Of a stretch of DNA of 64,000 bases, positions 43,677 through 53,490 are shown in pieces; the first letter of the stretch is position 1, and every line of letters begins with the position of its first letter. This DNA comes from a virus: positions 32,001 to 96,000 of the IMG/VR virus record IMGVR_UViG_3300044691_000355; one strand, written 5' to 3'. Made by a program: the position numbers and the translations under genes. The notes below the pieces were generated by a model. It worked only from the letters and a program-made list of their open reading frames with translations. It was not told the DNA's origin and did no database searches.

Positions 43677-44506
43677 CCGATGTTCCAGAGTCATCGAAGG
43701 CGAAAGAGCTTTCGGTACTCAACTGGTTCAAACAGCACCTTGAGCATGAGCCGCTACGCGCGATCGACCGCGACGCCATCCAGGTGCTCCGTGAGCTCTG
43801 CCTCGACGGCCGCGCCAAATCCACGGTCGATAGACATATGGCCATCCTCCGCGCGGTACTTCGTAAGTGCGTCGAGTGGGGATACCTCGAGGCTGCGCCG
43901 CCGGTTCCGATGTACAACGCGCGCCAGGGAGATTTTCGTTGGCTCACTCATGCAGAGTTCGACGCCCTACATAAGGAACTGCCTCCACACCTTCAGCTTG
44001 CAGCTGACTGCGCCGTACGCACCGGCCTGCGGATGCGCTCCATGCTTCGGCTCACGTGGGACCGTATCGACCTTCGCAAGAAACGGTTTTGGGTACCAGG
44101 CATGCAAATGAAAGGCAAGTTCGCCCACGGCATGCCGATCAATCGTGAGATGGCCAAATTGTTCCGCAAGCTCAAGACCGCGAACCCATCTGGCGATCGC
44201 GTCTTTCAGTTCAACGGCGAACCCATCGATGATTGCAACACGGAGGCGTTTAAGAAGGCCGTGGCGCGGTCCGGCGTCGGGCCGCTACGTTGGCATGACC
44301 TACGCCACACGTTCGCTTCGTGGGCTGTGCAGAATGGCGTTACGCTGCAAGAACTCATGCAGCTCGGCGGCTGGAAAACGTTCTCGTCGGTCCTTCGATA
44401 CGCGCATTTGGCGCCGGATCACCTAGCTGAAGCAGCAGAACTGGTGCGACATTCAGGACACAGTAGACACAGGAGTTCTCCACGTGGAACGCGAAAAACT
44501 CCTTAA
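43472..44506 (+). CDS. int: Tyrosine integrase 2
   Basis: TGLR (R), MKGK (K), WHDLRH (HxxR), GGW, RYAH (Y). Confidence 0.92.
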   Translation: MSIYRRKGTPNWWISISVAGRKTRRTTGTADREKAKEFETSERERLWRVHKLGDTGYVRWAEAAARWLADVPESSKAKELSVLNWFKQHLEHEPLRAIDRDAIQVLRELCLDGRAKSTVDRHMAILRAVLRKCVEWGYLEAAPPVPMYNARQGDFRWLTHAEFDALHKELPPHLQLAADCAVRTGLRMRSMLRLTWDRIDLRKKRFWVPGMQMKGKFAHGMPINREMAKLFRKLKTANPSGDRVFQFNGEPIDDCNTEAFKKAVARSGVGPLRWHDLRHTFASWAVQNGVTLQELMQLGGWKTFSSVLRYAHLAPDHLAEAAELVRHSGHSRHRSSPRGTRKTP

Positions 44507-44512
44507 GAATCA

Positions 44513-44560
44513 TGGTGGAGGAGAAGGGGATCGAACCCTCGACCTTCGCATTGCGAATGC
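44513..44560 (-). other. attP core 2: 3' half of tRNA-Ala(CGC)
   Basis: GCATTCGCAATGCGAAGGTCGAGGGTTCGATCCCCTTCTCCTCCACCA; no D arm upstream. Confidence 0.85.
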
Positions 44561-44584
44561 TATCTGGCGTCCGCTTGATAAGCA

Positions 44585-44597
44585 AATCAATCACTTA
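44585..44597 (+). promoter_or_regulatory. IHF binding site in attP2
   Basis: AATCAATCACTTA matches WATCAANNNNTTR, 25 bp from the core. Confidence 0.7.
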
Positions 44598-45097
44598 TGG
44601 ATGGTCAAAACAGTAGTATCCAGCGTATTCCAGTCAAGCAATAGCACGATCCGGCCACACCAAAAAGGGACGCGAATCAGGGGCACCCTGCACACCGTCC
44701 ACGGCTAGAATGCGCACCATCGCAGGGACATGGAGAATCGCGATGCTTGAAACGGAACCCAATAAAGGGAATCTCCGCCGCCGTGACTACGTGTTTTTAA
44801 TTATCGCCATCGCAATTCTTGCGTGGTTTGGGATCACGCTTCCGTGAGCGACGCAGTGTGGGCTAAAAAGCTCTGCATCGGATGCTGATCGGAAAAAAAC
44901 CGGTTGACATTTCGCGACCGCTGTTTTGGAGCGGTGGTATAATTGCGGGCAACGCGGTGTAACAAGCACCGCGCGCCCTAAGCACAACGATCTGGATTGG
45001 AGAACGCCATGCCTGCCTCGAAGAATATCACCAACTGTTTTCTCCACCGGCATTTGTCGGCCGATGGCACGTTGCTGTAAAAAGACAGAAGCGAATC

Positions 45098-45907
45098 ATG
45101 GCGCATAACTCCACAGTGCCCGAATGTCTCAGCGACTGGTCTAAGCACCAATGGGAAAATTCCTCCAACCCGAATCACAAGCATATCTGCAAGCTGTGCG
45201 GCACTTACGAATTGAAGCCCGTAAGGACTTGGGAAGCGAGTCTCGAAGCATGCGCTAGTAGCGTGACCGTCAAGCCGGGCGATACCGTCGAAGCTGTGCT
45301 TGAGTTCACCGAAGGTGATTGCGTCGCCAAGGTCGTGGGAATCAGTGTTAAAGAACAGCGGGCGCCTAAAACCGTGGCAACGCCTGAGCGATTGAAGCTC
45401 GAACAGCAGGCCGAAGCGCTGTACGAGTTCTATCGCAAAGAGCATCAGGGCACGTGCCCTGACGTTCCGTGGATTGGCCTGTTTGGCGATACGCAGGAAA
45501 TGTGGATAAAGGAAGCTGAGAAGGCGAATAAGCTGTCGATAAGCGATGACGCGGCGGCGGAAGCGGATATCAGACGCGGCGAACAGACCTTACGCTATCA
45601 CCTTAAATTCGGCGTGGATGAATATGAGCAGGTATCGCGTTCGGCTTACGAGTACGCGCTTGCCTACATCGCAACTTTAGAATCGACGTTGCGCAAAGAA
45701 TGGCAGTCGATTCAGACCGCGCCGAAAGATCAAACAGACGTGCTGGTTTGGCTGCGCGGCAATCGCTCTGAGCAATTCAACGAGCGCGCCATGGTATGCC
45801 GCCACGATGGCTATTCTGGCTGGTGCATCCCAGGAGTCGGCGGCTTGTCGGCGTCGCATTGGATGGCTGCTCCGTGCGCGCCAGACGCAGCGGTTAAGCA
45901 GCCGTGA
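45098..45907 (+). CDS. Mosaic accessory protein with DUF551-like C-terminus
   Basis: WQSIQTAPKD..VLVW...SHWM. Confidence 0.65.
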   Translation: MAHNSTVPECLSDWSKHQWENSSNPNHKHICKLCGTYELKPVRTWEASLEACASSVTVKPGDTVEAVLEFTEGDCVAKVVGISVKEQRAPKTVATPERLKLEQQAEALYEFYRKEHQGTCPDVPWIGLFGDTQEMWIKEAEKANKLSISDDAAAEADIRRGEQTLRYHLKFGVDEYEQVSRSAYEYALAYIATLESTLRKEWQSIQTAPKDQTDVLVWLRGNRSEQFNERAMVCRHDGYSGWCIPGVGGLSASHWMAAPCAPDAAVKQP

Positions 45908-46212
45908 GCGAAGACATCGAGAAACTTAGAGCGTTCGCCGAAGCGTTGGCCGCTCCTGAAAAGCTATCGCGACTTTTCACAGCGGTTTGCAATGAGAACG
46001 CCGAGCTGAAACGCCTGTTGGTTGCCGCCATCGAGCACTTGAATTTTTGCGTGCGTGGCTATGAGCGTGGATATCCCAAGTTTAAGGATTCCTGCACGCG
46101 CGAGGTAATCAAACACTGGGAAGTTGAGGCGAGAAAATTGGCTCCGAAAGATTCGAGTCACGTTATTCTCGAAGACTGCGCTGGCGATACAGGAGCGGGT
46201 CATGCCGATTGA
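45904..46212 (+). CDS. Hypothetical protein
   Basis: GTGA overlap. Confidence 0.45.
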   Translation: MSEDIEKLRAFAEALAAPEKLSRLFTAVCNENAELKRLLVAAIEHLNFCVRGYERGYPKFKDSCTREVIKHWEVEARKLAPKDSSHVILEDCAGDTGAGHAD

Positions 46213-46399
46213 CAATGCTGCTTTTACGAAGTGGCTGACTGAGTTTGAGGCTGCTCTGATTGAGAGTGGTATGCCGGAACCGCAGGCCAAGCGCTTCCGC
46301 GGCGAGTACTTCAACGACGCACTGGCGCATTTCGCAGCGGGCGACAGTCCATCCGATGCCGCCGTCAAACAACTGCTTGGTTAACGACGCAGGCAGCAA

Positions 46400-46597
46400 A
46401 TGACCCAAGTCCATCAATGCGGTTGCTATCACTGCGCGAGCGGCAGGACCGATCCAACCTCAGGATGGCCAGAGACCATGACTCGCATGATCGTATGCGC
46501 GACCTGCGGCAACAAGCGGTGTCCTAAATCAACTCACCACAAAAACGCCTGCACCAATTCTAACGATGCAGGTCAACCGGGAAGTCGATACGCATGA
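46400..46597 (+). CDS. Small Cys-rich protein
   Basis: CGCYHC, MIVCATCGNKRCPKSTHH..CTNSN..GQPGS. Confidence 0.65.
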   Translation: MTQVHQCGCYHCASGRTDPTSGWPETMTRMIVCATCGNKRCPKSTHHKNACTNSNDAGQPGSRYA

Positions 46598-46797
46598 CCG
46601 ACGAAGAGGCATTTTTTGAGGTTTGGTTCCAACTTTACCGGCGCGACCAGTGGAAGATATCTCGACCGGATCGGGCCAACGAGCCGCCTAGCGAAGCCTT
46701 TTGCATGGGGCTGCGCGGGCATTACCTTACTGGTTGGCTGGCCCGCGCGTCGCTACACGTGACACAAGCAGAACGAGCTATCCCCAAGGCTTCTTGA
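46594..46797 (+). CDS. Hypothetical protein
   Basis: ATGA overlap; last gene of rightward operon. Confidence 0.45.
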   Translation: MTDEEAFFEVWFQLYRRDQWKISRPDRANEPPSEAFCMGLRGHYLTGWLARASLHVTQAERAIPKAS

Positions 46798-47025
46798 ATA
46801 TCCGCAGGATATTTGATGCGGTCGTGTCGGTCTCTTCGACCTGCACGCCTGTCTGACGCGCATCGATCGGCTGGGTTCTGTCGAAGTTCGGCATGCGCTG
46901 TTGAGTAGGCGGCGGATTCGGCGCGGCTTTCTTGGACTGATAGTCAAACCAATCCTGCGACGTCACGGAGCTGGGCCGCGCCCTGGCATCCCTGACTGAA
47001 GTCCTGCGGTTCGTGGCGATGGGTT

Positions 47026-47271
47026 TCATGCGGCGGCCTTGCGCGCCACGCTACGCATTTCGATCGGCCTACCGAAACAGCGGGCAAAGGCTTGGCCGTA
47101 ATCCATGCCGCTATCGCGGAACGGCGCGCGCACGAGTTTGCCTGCATAGATCGCGACGCGGATGCGTTCGCTGCGATCGATTAGGCTCAAGCCTGTTAGG
47201 CAGCCGCCGACAGAGAATTCCCTGATGAAGTCTATCTCCAGATCGCGGTCAATATGCGTGAGGCGGATCAT
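47026..47271 (-). CDS. Hypothetical protein
   Basis: Start at MIRLTH; resembles 25657-25968. Confidence 0.5.
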   Translation of the reverse strand: MIRLTHIDRDLEIDFIREFSVGGCLTGLSLIDRSERIRVAIYAGKLVRAPFRDSGMDYGQAFARCFGRPIEMRSVARKAAA

Positions 47272-47425
47272 GCAGCCAGCCGTCGCATGGGTTCCGGCAG
47301 ATAGGCGCGCGGCGGCACTACCTGCGTTCGCGCCGCATAGATGGCCTCGATACGCGCATACCAACGGGCAACTTCCGCGGCGCTCAAATAGCATATGTGG
47401 TAGCGCGTCGAGCGCTCGCGCGCAT

Positions 47426-47926
47426 TCAAGACTTGCCGCCACACAGCTTGTACTGGGCCTCGAGCAAACTATGGAGGTAGGTTACTTCGGCGTCGGCGTT
47501 GTGTCCGGACTGCACGTCGGATCGCTCAATGGCCTTCCAGTCAGGTTGCACCACGCTTGGCGTCTCTGGAGTTCGTAGGACGGCGGCTGGAGCGCTCGGG
47601 CTGGAATGGCTTCGGGCAGCGGGCACGGCGCTTGGACAAGCCTGGGGCTGCACGCTTGGAGGCAGGGAAGGCAAAGCGCCAATAGGATCTGATAGGGACG
47701 CATCAAGTTTAGCTCCTGCTTTCTTGTCGTCGGCCGATTGCGTGGCCTCGACCTGGGTGTTATGAACTTCCGCCTTGGCGACGACGGTCGCATCGGCCTT
47801 TTCGATCTTCTGCTCCCCCACCGATCGCTCGTGGAGCGTGTATACGCCAAATGCCGCCAGCAGCACCGCTACCGCGGCGATCTTGATGTACGTGAGGTAC
47901 GGATTGATCAGCGTTGCAATGCTCAT
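47426..47926 (-). CDS. i-spanin (Rz-like)
   Basis: N-terminal TM helix then helical periplasmic region; end of lysis cassette. Confidence 0.75.
   Translation of the reverse strand: MSIATLINPYLTYIKIAAVAVLLAAFGVYTLHERSVGEQKIEKADATVVAKAEVHNTQVEATQSADDKKAGAKLDASLSDPIGALPSLPPSVQPQACPSAVPAARSHSSPSAPAAVLRTPETPSVVQPDWKAIERSDVQSGHNADAEVTYLHSLLEAQYKLCGGKS
47482..47703 (-). CDS. o-spanin (Rz1-like) lipoprotein embedded in i-spanin
   Basis: MRPYQILLALCLPCLQAC lipobox, Pro-rich mature part, alternate frame inside Rz. Confidence 0.75.
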   Translation of the reverse strand: MRPYQILLALCLPCLQACSPRLVQAPCPLPEAIPARALQPPSYELQRRQAWCNLTGRPLSDPTCSPDTTPTPK

Positions 47927-48324
47927 TGCGTGTCGTCCTTCAATTTAGCCTTCGGCGCATCCTTCGGCGGGTTGACGATTTTGATGAGCATCTTGACCAT
48001 GCTGTCATACAGCCCGAACAGGCCATACAGCAGCCCCTTATTCATCTCAGTCTCGTGGGCGAGGCTGCCAAACGTGTTGGTGACATGCTGCCGGGTCATC
48101 TCTTGCTGGTCGGCGACGATTTTGTGAAGCGCGCCGACATCTCCCTGCGGAATGCCGCCGATGTGCGCGCCTAGCCTATCGATGTGGTGCTTGTACCAAA
48201 ACAGCCCCACCAGCAGGCATAGCAACAGGAAGACGCTCAAGCCTGAAAGCCAGAGTGTCAATTCTGCGTGGTCTGTCATCATCGGCGTCTCCTTCCTGCT
48301 TCGTATTCTATTTTTTCGCGCCAC
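47923..48324 (-). CDS. Single-pass membrane protein in lysis cassette
   Basis: One strong TM segment; start uncertain. Confidence 0.5.
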   Translation of the reverse strand: MARKNRIRSRKETPMMTDHAELTLWLSGLSVFLLLCLLVGLFWYKHHIDRLGAHIGGIPQGDVGALHKIVADQQEMTRQHVTNTFGSLAHETEMNKGLLYGLFGLYDSMVKMLIKIVNPPKDAPKAKLKDDTQ

Positions 48325-48653
48325 TCACGCTGGCGGTCAACCTCTGTTTTGATGGTGTCCACTGAGCCATTCATGACGGCCTGCCCGGTAACGAGCTGCT
48401 GCAACAGTTCGTCGGTTTTCTGTTCATGCGCTTGCTGCTGAGCGGATAACTCTTGAAGGTGCGCAATGTTCTTTTGCGTCCCCACCCACGCCGTGACGGC
48501 AAACACGAGCATCCCGCCAGTGCCGACAATGGCGCCCCACGCAGCCGCAGGGGTGAGGCGGTCCCTGACGATCCTAGGCAGCCAGGCGAGGCCTGGAGCG
48601 TAGCGTTGGACCGCCGCGGTGGCGCCAAAGTCGTGCTCGCCATTCTCACTCAC
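48279..48653 (-). CDS. Membrane protein with coiled coil (holin/antiholin candidate)
   Basis: One TM segment, coiled coil, basic C-terminus. Confidence 0.5.
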   Translation of the reverse strand: MSENGEHDFGATAAVQRYAPGLAWLPRIVRDRLTPAAAWGAIVGTGGMLVFAVTAWVGTQKNIAHLQELSAQQQAHEQKTDELLQQLVTGQAVMNGSVDTIKTEVDRQREWREKIEYEAGRRRR

Positions 48654-48678
48654 GGCCGCCCTCGATCGCTGCGCGCCG

Positions 48679-48942
48679 TTACGCGGCTGGCGGTTGAGCG
48701 GCTTGGATCTGCTTTGCCTTTTTCCCCGTAAACCAGCCGCGCAGAATCACCAGCCCGAACAACGCAATCCCGATCTTTGGCGCCCACTGCTGGCCCAGGT
48801 ACGTCTGCGCCGCATCCCGTATCGGCGCGGGGTCCATCAGCGCGACCGTCATGGTGCCGCCGCCGAGTGCGCCCAGTGCTTTGGTGAGGTGATCGGCAAT
48901 ATATCGGTAGACAGTTTTCAGCGCATTCATGGAACACCGCAA
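48679..48942 (-). CDS. Holin candidate
   Basis: Two TM segments, basic tail, adjacent to endolysin. Confidence 0.6.
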   Translation of the reverse strand: MRCSMNALKTVYRYIADHLTKALGALGGGTMTVALMDPAPIRDAAQTYLGQQWAPKIGIALFGLVILRGWFTGKKAKQIQAAQPPAA

Positions 48943-48996
48943 GTGAGAACGACGCTGCGTTATAGCGTCCCGCGACGTGTGTTGCCATGCCGTGGT

Positions 48997-49548
48997 TCAC
49001 GCAATCGCCTCGACGAATTGCGCGATTCTGTTGGCCCATCCCAAGGCGTTGTCGGCCTGCAATTCAAAGCCCGCCAGCTTTGCCAGCGCCAGTTTGGCGT
49101 CATGCGTCACCAGCGCGCCGTAGAGGCGGATCCGCGCACCGCACACCAGCATGCGCAGCGCCAAAGGGTCATGAGAATTGATCGCCGACAGCGAGACAGG
49201 GCCCAAATGGCCATCGGGAAATACGCCAACCGCACGCTGCACCATCTTGGACGCCTCTTCCTGGCTATGCTGGACCCCGGCATCGACCACCAGCGCCTGC
49301 AGGTTGTGGTCCGTAATCTGGCCGAACCCTGGCGCGTCGACGTACATGTGCTGGTAGATGCTGCGCGCCGTCTGTGGGTCCAGCTTCCTGAGGTCGTCCA
49401 CCGACGTAGCCGCTGGCGCACGGTAGGCGCGTAGCGTCGCGAGCGTGATGCCGCAGCACGTGGGACCCCCTTTGTCGTCCGGCCGGTCGGTGAACTTCAC
49501 GCCTTCGGCAACCAGGATCGCGTCGATGATGTCGCTGGCCAGGATCAC
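48997..49548 (-). CDS. Endolysin, glycoside hydrolase family 108 with peptidoglycan-binding region
   Basis: EG..FTDRPDDKGGPTCCGIT, QRAVGVFPDGHLGP, GWANRI. Confidence 0.88.
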   Translation of the reverse strand: MILASDIIDAILVAEGVKFTDRPDDKGGPTCCGITLATLRAYRAPAATSVDDLRKLDPQTARSIYQHMYVDAPGFGQITDHNLQALVVDAGVQHSQEEASKMVQRAVGVFPDGHLGPVSLSAINSHDPLALRMLVCGARIRLYGALVTHDAKLALAKLAGFELQADNALGWANRIAQFVEAIA

Positions 49549-49736
49549 GCGTGCGGTCCACGAATCACGTACCCAAGCAGCGTTCCGATGAGTAGCCCAA
49601 CTGCCAGCGCTATGCATACGAGCACGATCGCTTCCTCGCGATTCGCCGCGAACCACAGTTTTGCTTTCGACGTTTGCTTGTCGAGTTCGGCTTTGGCCGC
49701 TGCCTCAGCCTTTTTTTCCAAGTCAGATAAGCCCAT
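49545..49736 (-). CDS. Small membrane protein
   Basis: Charged N-terminus, C-terminal TM helix. Confidence 0.55.
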   Translation of the reverse strand: MGLSDLEKKAEAAAKAELDKQTSKAKLWFAANREEAIVLVCIALAVGLLIGTLLGYVIRGPHA

Positions 49737-49737
49737 T

Positions 49738-49899
49738 TTACAATCTCCCTGCGAGTAACAAAATTATCAGGATCAGCAGCAATAGCCCACCGCCGCAGAA
49801 TCCATAGGTATGCGGGTAAAATCCGCCGAAGCCGCCCGCAAGAATGAGCACGATCAGCACGATCAGCACAATGGTGAGTGCGCTTGTTCTGATTTTCAC
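49738..49899 (-). CDS. DUF3309-like small membrane protein
   Basis: Not in ORF track; MKIRTSALTIVLIVLIVLILAGGFGGFYPHTYGFCGGGLLLLILIILLLAGRL. Confidence 0.6.
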   Translation of the reverse strand: MKIRTSALTIVLIVLIVLILAGGFGGFYPHTYGFCGGGLLLLILIILLLAGRL

Positions 49900-49911
49900 G
49901 GTAAGTTCTCC

Positions 49912-50077
49912 TTATATAAAAAATGGGAACAAAAACGCCACCACCACGGAGGCGTAGCCTAGCGAATCCCAATTAGGTGTAGTGCGTGGCGCTGCAAATG
50001 CAAACCTAAAACCGTTGAACAAGAAAAACACGAACGCGAGAACCAAGAAACCATTATGAACATAGGTCGTATGCATG
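49912..50077 (-). CDS. Small membrane protein
   Basis: Two hydrophobic segments; RBS AAGGAG before MHTTY; start approximate. Confidence 0.5.
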
Positions 50078-50086
50078 GAATTCTCC

Positions 50087-50929
50087 TTACGTTGCCGTGA
50101 AAACAATCGACTGTGAGGCGCCTCCCGCACCAGCCGCCTGGATGACGCCCATCGTGCGCAGCTGCGACTTTCTCCGGAACAGCTGCAGGCGGTCCTGGTA
50201 GAGGCTCAGGATCTCGCCAGGGGTTAGCATGCGACGCCAGATGGCGATTATCTCGACCTGCTCTGTCAACGATACCGCGCCGCTCATGCCGGACTGATTG
50301 CCGCCGAGATAGAGCGTCTGCGCGGCGTCGGACCCCTGAATGCCGGAACCGGCGGACAGGGTTATAGAAGATGCCTGTCGGCCATTGATGTAGGGAATGC
50401 CGCAGCCAGCCGTGGCGGTGTCAGTGCCGTCATTGACTACGCATGCGTGAACCACTTCGCCGGTTACACCGGCGAGACTCGTCGCACACAGCCAGTTAGA
50501 GGCAGCATGTTCTTTTCGTAGCCGTATCGCGGCGCCGCTGATATCAAAATCCCAACCCGCGTTGACCGAGTTGTTATCGTTGCGCGCGGCCAAAGGGCCT
50601 GACTGAGTATTGTACTTAAACACGGCATAGGCAGTCATCGGCGCATTGCGCCCAATGTCCACGTTCTGCGAATTGGCGCCCAGGGCGATGTAGCTCGCCG
50701 TAGCGCTCGCGCCACCGTTGAACTTCATAACGCGCCCACCGCCAGCGCCGCCAGCGTTAACCGCCATAAAGTCCTGCGTCGGTGGCGTTGTCCCGGAGAG
50801 CACGCCGAAAGCGCCGCTGATCAGCTCGCGGTTGCCTGCACCGTGCCACAAGATCGCAAGCTGGTCACAGATAGGACTCGCTCGATCGAACCAGAAGGGT
50901 GAGAAAGAATCGCGTTGTAAGCCGCGCAT
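50087..50929 (-). CDS. LamG/ConA-like lectin-fold virion protein
   Basis: HACVVNDG, PYING, LYLGG, IWRRMLTPGEI. Confidence 0.7.
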   Translation of the reverse strand: MRGLQRDSFSPFWFDRASPICDQLAILWHGAGNRELISGAFGVLSGTTPPTQDFMAVNAGGAGGGRVMKFNGGASATASYIALGANSQNVDIGRNAPMTAYAVFKYNTQSGPLAARNDNNSVNAGWDFDISGAAIRLRKEHAASNWLCATSLAGVTGEVVHACVVNDGTDTATAGCGIPYINGRQASSITLSAGSGIQGSDAAQTLYLGGNQSGMSGAVSLTEQVEIIAIWRRMLTPGEILSLYQDRLQLFRRKSQLRTMGVIQAAGAGGASQSIVFTAT

Positions 50930-50932
50930 CGC

Positions 50933-51397
50933 TTAGCCCACCGTGCCCCAAACTTCGGTCGTCGTGCAGCTATTGCCGCTCCCTGATAAGGCCGCGCCAG
51001 AGTCGTTCTTAACTACAATCTTGAAGTACGGTGGTGGCGTACCGCCAAAAGCCGCGGCAACAGAAAACTGTCGGCGCACTAACTCTGAGTTGTTCGGGCA
51101 AGGCATCACGCCGAGTACCTGCATCATCGTATCGTGCGTCGTGTCGGTGACGCCGGAATTCGCGGTGTCGTAATTAGTGCCGTCGCGACTGCCGATGATA
51201 AAGATAATGATCTGCTTGTTGCCGGCAACCGTGCCGACGGTAACGCCCAACTCGAGGATCACGTCCAGCGGATTATCAGTGCTGATCTGAAATGCGCTAC
51301 TGGTCGCATAGTTTGGACCTGCCGCCAGCGAATTGAGCGTGATCGTCAACGCCGCCGCCACGCTGTTATAACTAGCTTTTACTGCACTGCTTGGCAT
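50933..51397 (-). CDS. Putative structural fibre subunit
   Basis: TITLNSLA, FSVAAAFGG..PPYFKIVVKNDSGAAL. Confidence 0.55.
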   Translation of the reverse strand: MPSSAVKASYNSVAAALTITLNSLAAGPNYATSSAFQISTDNPLDVILELGVTVGTVAGNKQIIIFIIGSRDGTNYDTANSGVTDTTHDTMMQVLGVMPCPNNSELVRRQFSVAAAFGGTPPPYFKIVVKNDSGAALSGSGNSCTTTEVWGTVG

Positions 51398-51421
51398 AAA
51401 TAAAACCTCTTTAAATGATGA

Positions 51422-52975
51422 TTACCGTGTTCCAGCGAAGGCCCAGCCCATATTGTCGGCCGTCACATCTGGCGTCGCTGGCAACACAAGGTCGAACGTA
51501 TCGCCTGCAGCAAAGGTTTTCGACGTGCCGCCGCTCGTCACGAACGTTGCCACGCTACCGCCGATGGCGAAAGTGGCCGTGCCGATCGACGAGCCATTTT
51601 TCTGCACGTCAACAGCGAGCGAGGCGGTTGCCGTCGTGCCGCGTAACTTCATGTAGCAACCTGCGAAGTTCGCCGCAAACGTCACCGCTTGCAAGATGGG
51701 AACCGACATGATGACTTTACTTGCCGCCGCGGTCGGCATTCCTGAAAAGAAACCACTTGGTGCATACGGCGCGCTCACCCACAGCGGATCTGCGCCAGTT
51801 CCCTGCGTTTGCAGGAACTGCCCTTGCGTACCAGCAGCGAGCGCAGCCCACGCCGAGGCGCCGCGATAGAGCGTCATGCCGCGCGTCGAGCCTAAGATGT
51901 GATCGAGGATCGCGGTCAGTGTGCCGGCGGCGGCGGCCGCGGAACCGCCTGACACATTGGCAAGAATCGTGCTGTCAGCTTGTGCCGCAAGCGTAGGATT
52001 TGGGTACGTCCCCGCCAATGCGCCACCCGCCGCGCCACTCGGTGCCGCGCCCGTGATGGCAACAGACGCCGCAGCCGTTAAACGCCCTGCCGCGTTGACC
52101 GTGAACTGCCCGACGTGCGTGCCGTCGCCATAGGAGGCGGCGGTTACAGTGGTTGCTGCCAGCGTGGGGTTAGGGTAGGTGCCGGTGAGCTCACCGCCTG
52201 CTGACCCGCTCGGGGCTGCTCCAGTAATCGCTACAGAAGCTGCGGCGGTCAGTCGTCCATCGGCGTCGACCGTGAATTGACCGGTGTGGGTTCCGTCTCC
52301 GTAACTGCCCGCCGTGACTGCGGTAGCCGGTAGATCCGCCGCAACCAGTGACCGAAATGCCGGTGTGGCAGAGGCGCCGGTAGTAGGCCCTGCGTAAATC
52401 TTATTGGCAGTCTGATTGCCGGTGACGCCGACAATCAACGTCTCATCGGCTTCGAGACGATCATCGAGCGAATCGTAAGTGGCGCTCAACGCAGTGCTCG
52501 ATTGCGCGTCTTCCCAATCCTGGTAACTCCACACGATCGGCGCTATCGCAGTGATCGCGCCAAATGCCGTGCCGGTCCATACGACGGAATACAGCGCCAA
52601 TATTGATGTCGCTTGAATGGACGGCGAACCGACCGCATCGACTCCGATGTAATAAGTGCCAGCCGCCTGGCCGCTGAAATTAATATCTGTCGTGCTGAAT
52701 TTATTGACGATCTTGCCAAGGTCTGGACGCCACACATAGCCTGCCTGCAATGTCATGATCGTGGTGGCAGTCGTTTGAGCGTAGCTGTTTGAACCGATAA
52801 ATGCGGTTTGTATGCCGAACAGTGCATTCAAATATGGACCGGGACTGGCGCCTGTGACTGAGATCGCCATCTGTAGCGCGTTGATCGACAACCGCAAAGC
52901 GGCATTGTTGGCGTCGTGCTTGGCAATATAGTTGATGTCACCATTGGCAAAGTCTTGGAGCACGATATCCGTCAT
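51422..52975 (-). CDS. Tail fibre protein
   Basis: [12 protein letters not shown], duplicated 54-aa unit [21 protein letters not shown]...[10 protein letters not shown]. Confidence 0.75.
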   Translation of the reverse strand: MTDIVLQDFANGDINYIAKHDANNAALRLSINALQMAISVTGASPGPYLNALFGIQTAFIGSNSYAQTTATTIMTLQAGYVWRPDLGKIVNKFSTTDINFSGQAAGTYYIGVDAVGSPSIQATSILALYSVVWTGTAFGAITAIAPIVWSYQDWEDAQSSTALSATYDSLDDRLEADETLIVGVTGNQTANKIYAGPTTGASATPAFRSLVAADLPATAVTAGSYGDGTHTGQFTVDADGRLTAAASVAITGAAPSGSAGGELTGTYPNPTLAATTVTAASYGDGTHVGQFTVNAAGRLTAAASVAITGAAPSGAAGGALAGTYPNPTLAAQADSTILANVSGGSAAAAAGTLTAILDHILGSTRGMTLYRGASAWAALAAGTQGQFLQTQGTGADPLWVSAPYAPSGFFSGMPTAAASKVIMSVPILQAVTFAANFAGCYMKLRGTTATASLAVDVQKNGSSIGTATFAIGGSVATFVTSGGTSKTFAAGDTFDLVLPATPDVTADNMGWAFAGTR

Positions 52976-53490
52976 GAGGTAATTTCCTTGAGTACGCCGC
53001 CTTGAAATAAGCCGACAGCCCCGTAGGGGATGATTCCGTAAGTGCCGTAAATCATGAGTTCGCCGTAGGTGAGCGGTCGCGCCACGAGCGAAAGGTCTTG
53101 AATCGTGCCGAAAGCGAAGGTGTCTAGGTTCACTGTGAACCGCGTATAGGTACCCGGCATCTCACTTGAGAAGCCCACCACCTGATAGAAGCCGTTGGCC
53201 GTGCGCCTCAAAGTCACCGCGCTCCCGGCATCAGCAAAAATCAAGTCGCGGTTATTGCGAGCGATCTGCACATTGCGCAGAATCGCATCGAGCCCAACCC
53301 CTTCTGTGGTGATGGGATTTCCGAGACTGTCAAACCCAGCCGGAGGTTGTAACCCGATATCCACGTCAACGACGTACACGACGTTAGTGCCATCCGTGGT
53401 CAGCAGCGCAGGTCGCGACAGCACCTTGCCCTGAATCTCCGTGGCCGACTCGGTGATCTGGTTTTGGGTCAGGTAGGTGAGAACTGACAT
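52972..53490 (-). CDS. Tail tip protein
   Basis: Position; short OB-like beta region. Confidence 0.45.
   Translation of the reverse strand: MSVLTYLTQNQITESATEIQGKVLSRPALLTTDGTNVVYVVDVDIGLQPPAGFDSLGNPITTEGVGLDAILRNVQIARNNRDLIFADAGSAVTLRRTANGFYQVVGFSSEMPGTYTRFTVNLDTFAFGTIQDLSLVARPLTYGELMIYGTYGIIPYGAVGLFQGGVLKEITS

Noticed and set aside
38075-44512. Phage satellite integrated between the two att sites
   Set aside because: Flanking cores derive from different tRNAs, so they are not an attL/attR pair; no primase or capsid-hijack genes. Not fully excluded.
44513-44600. Intact tRNA-Ala gene
   Set aside because: 5' half absent; upstream sequence holds an IHF site instead.
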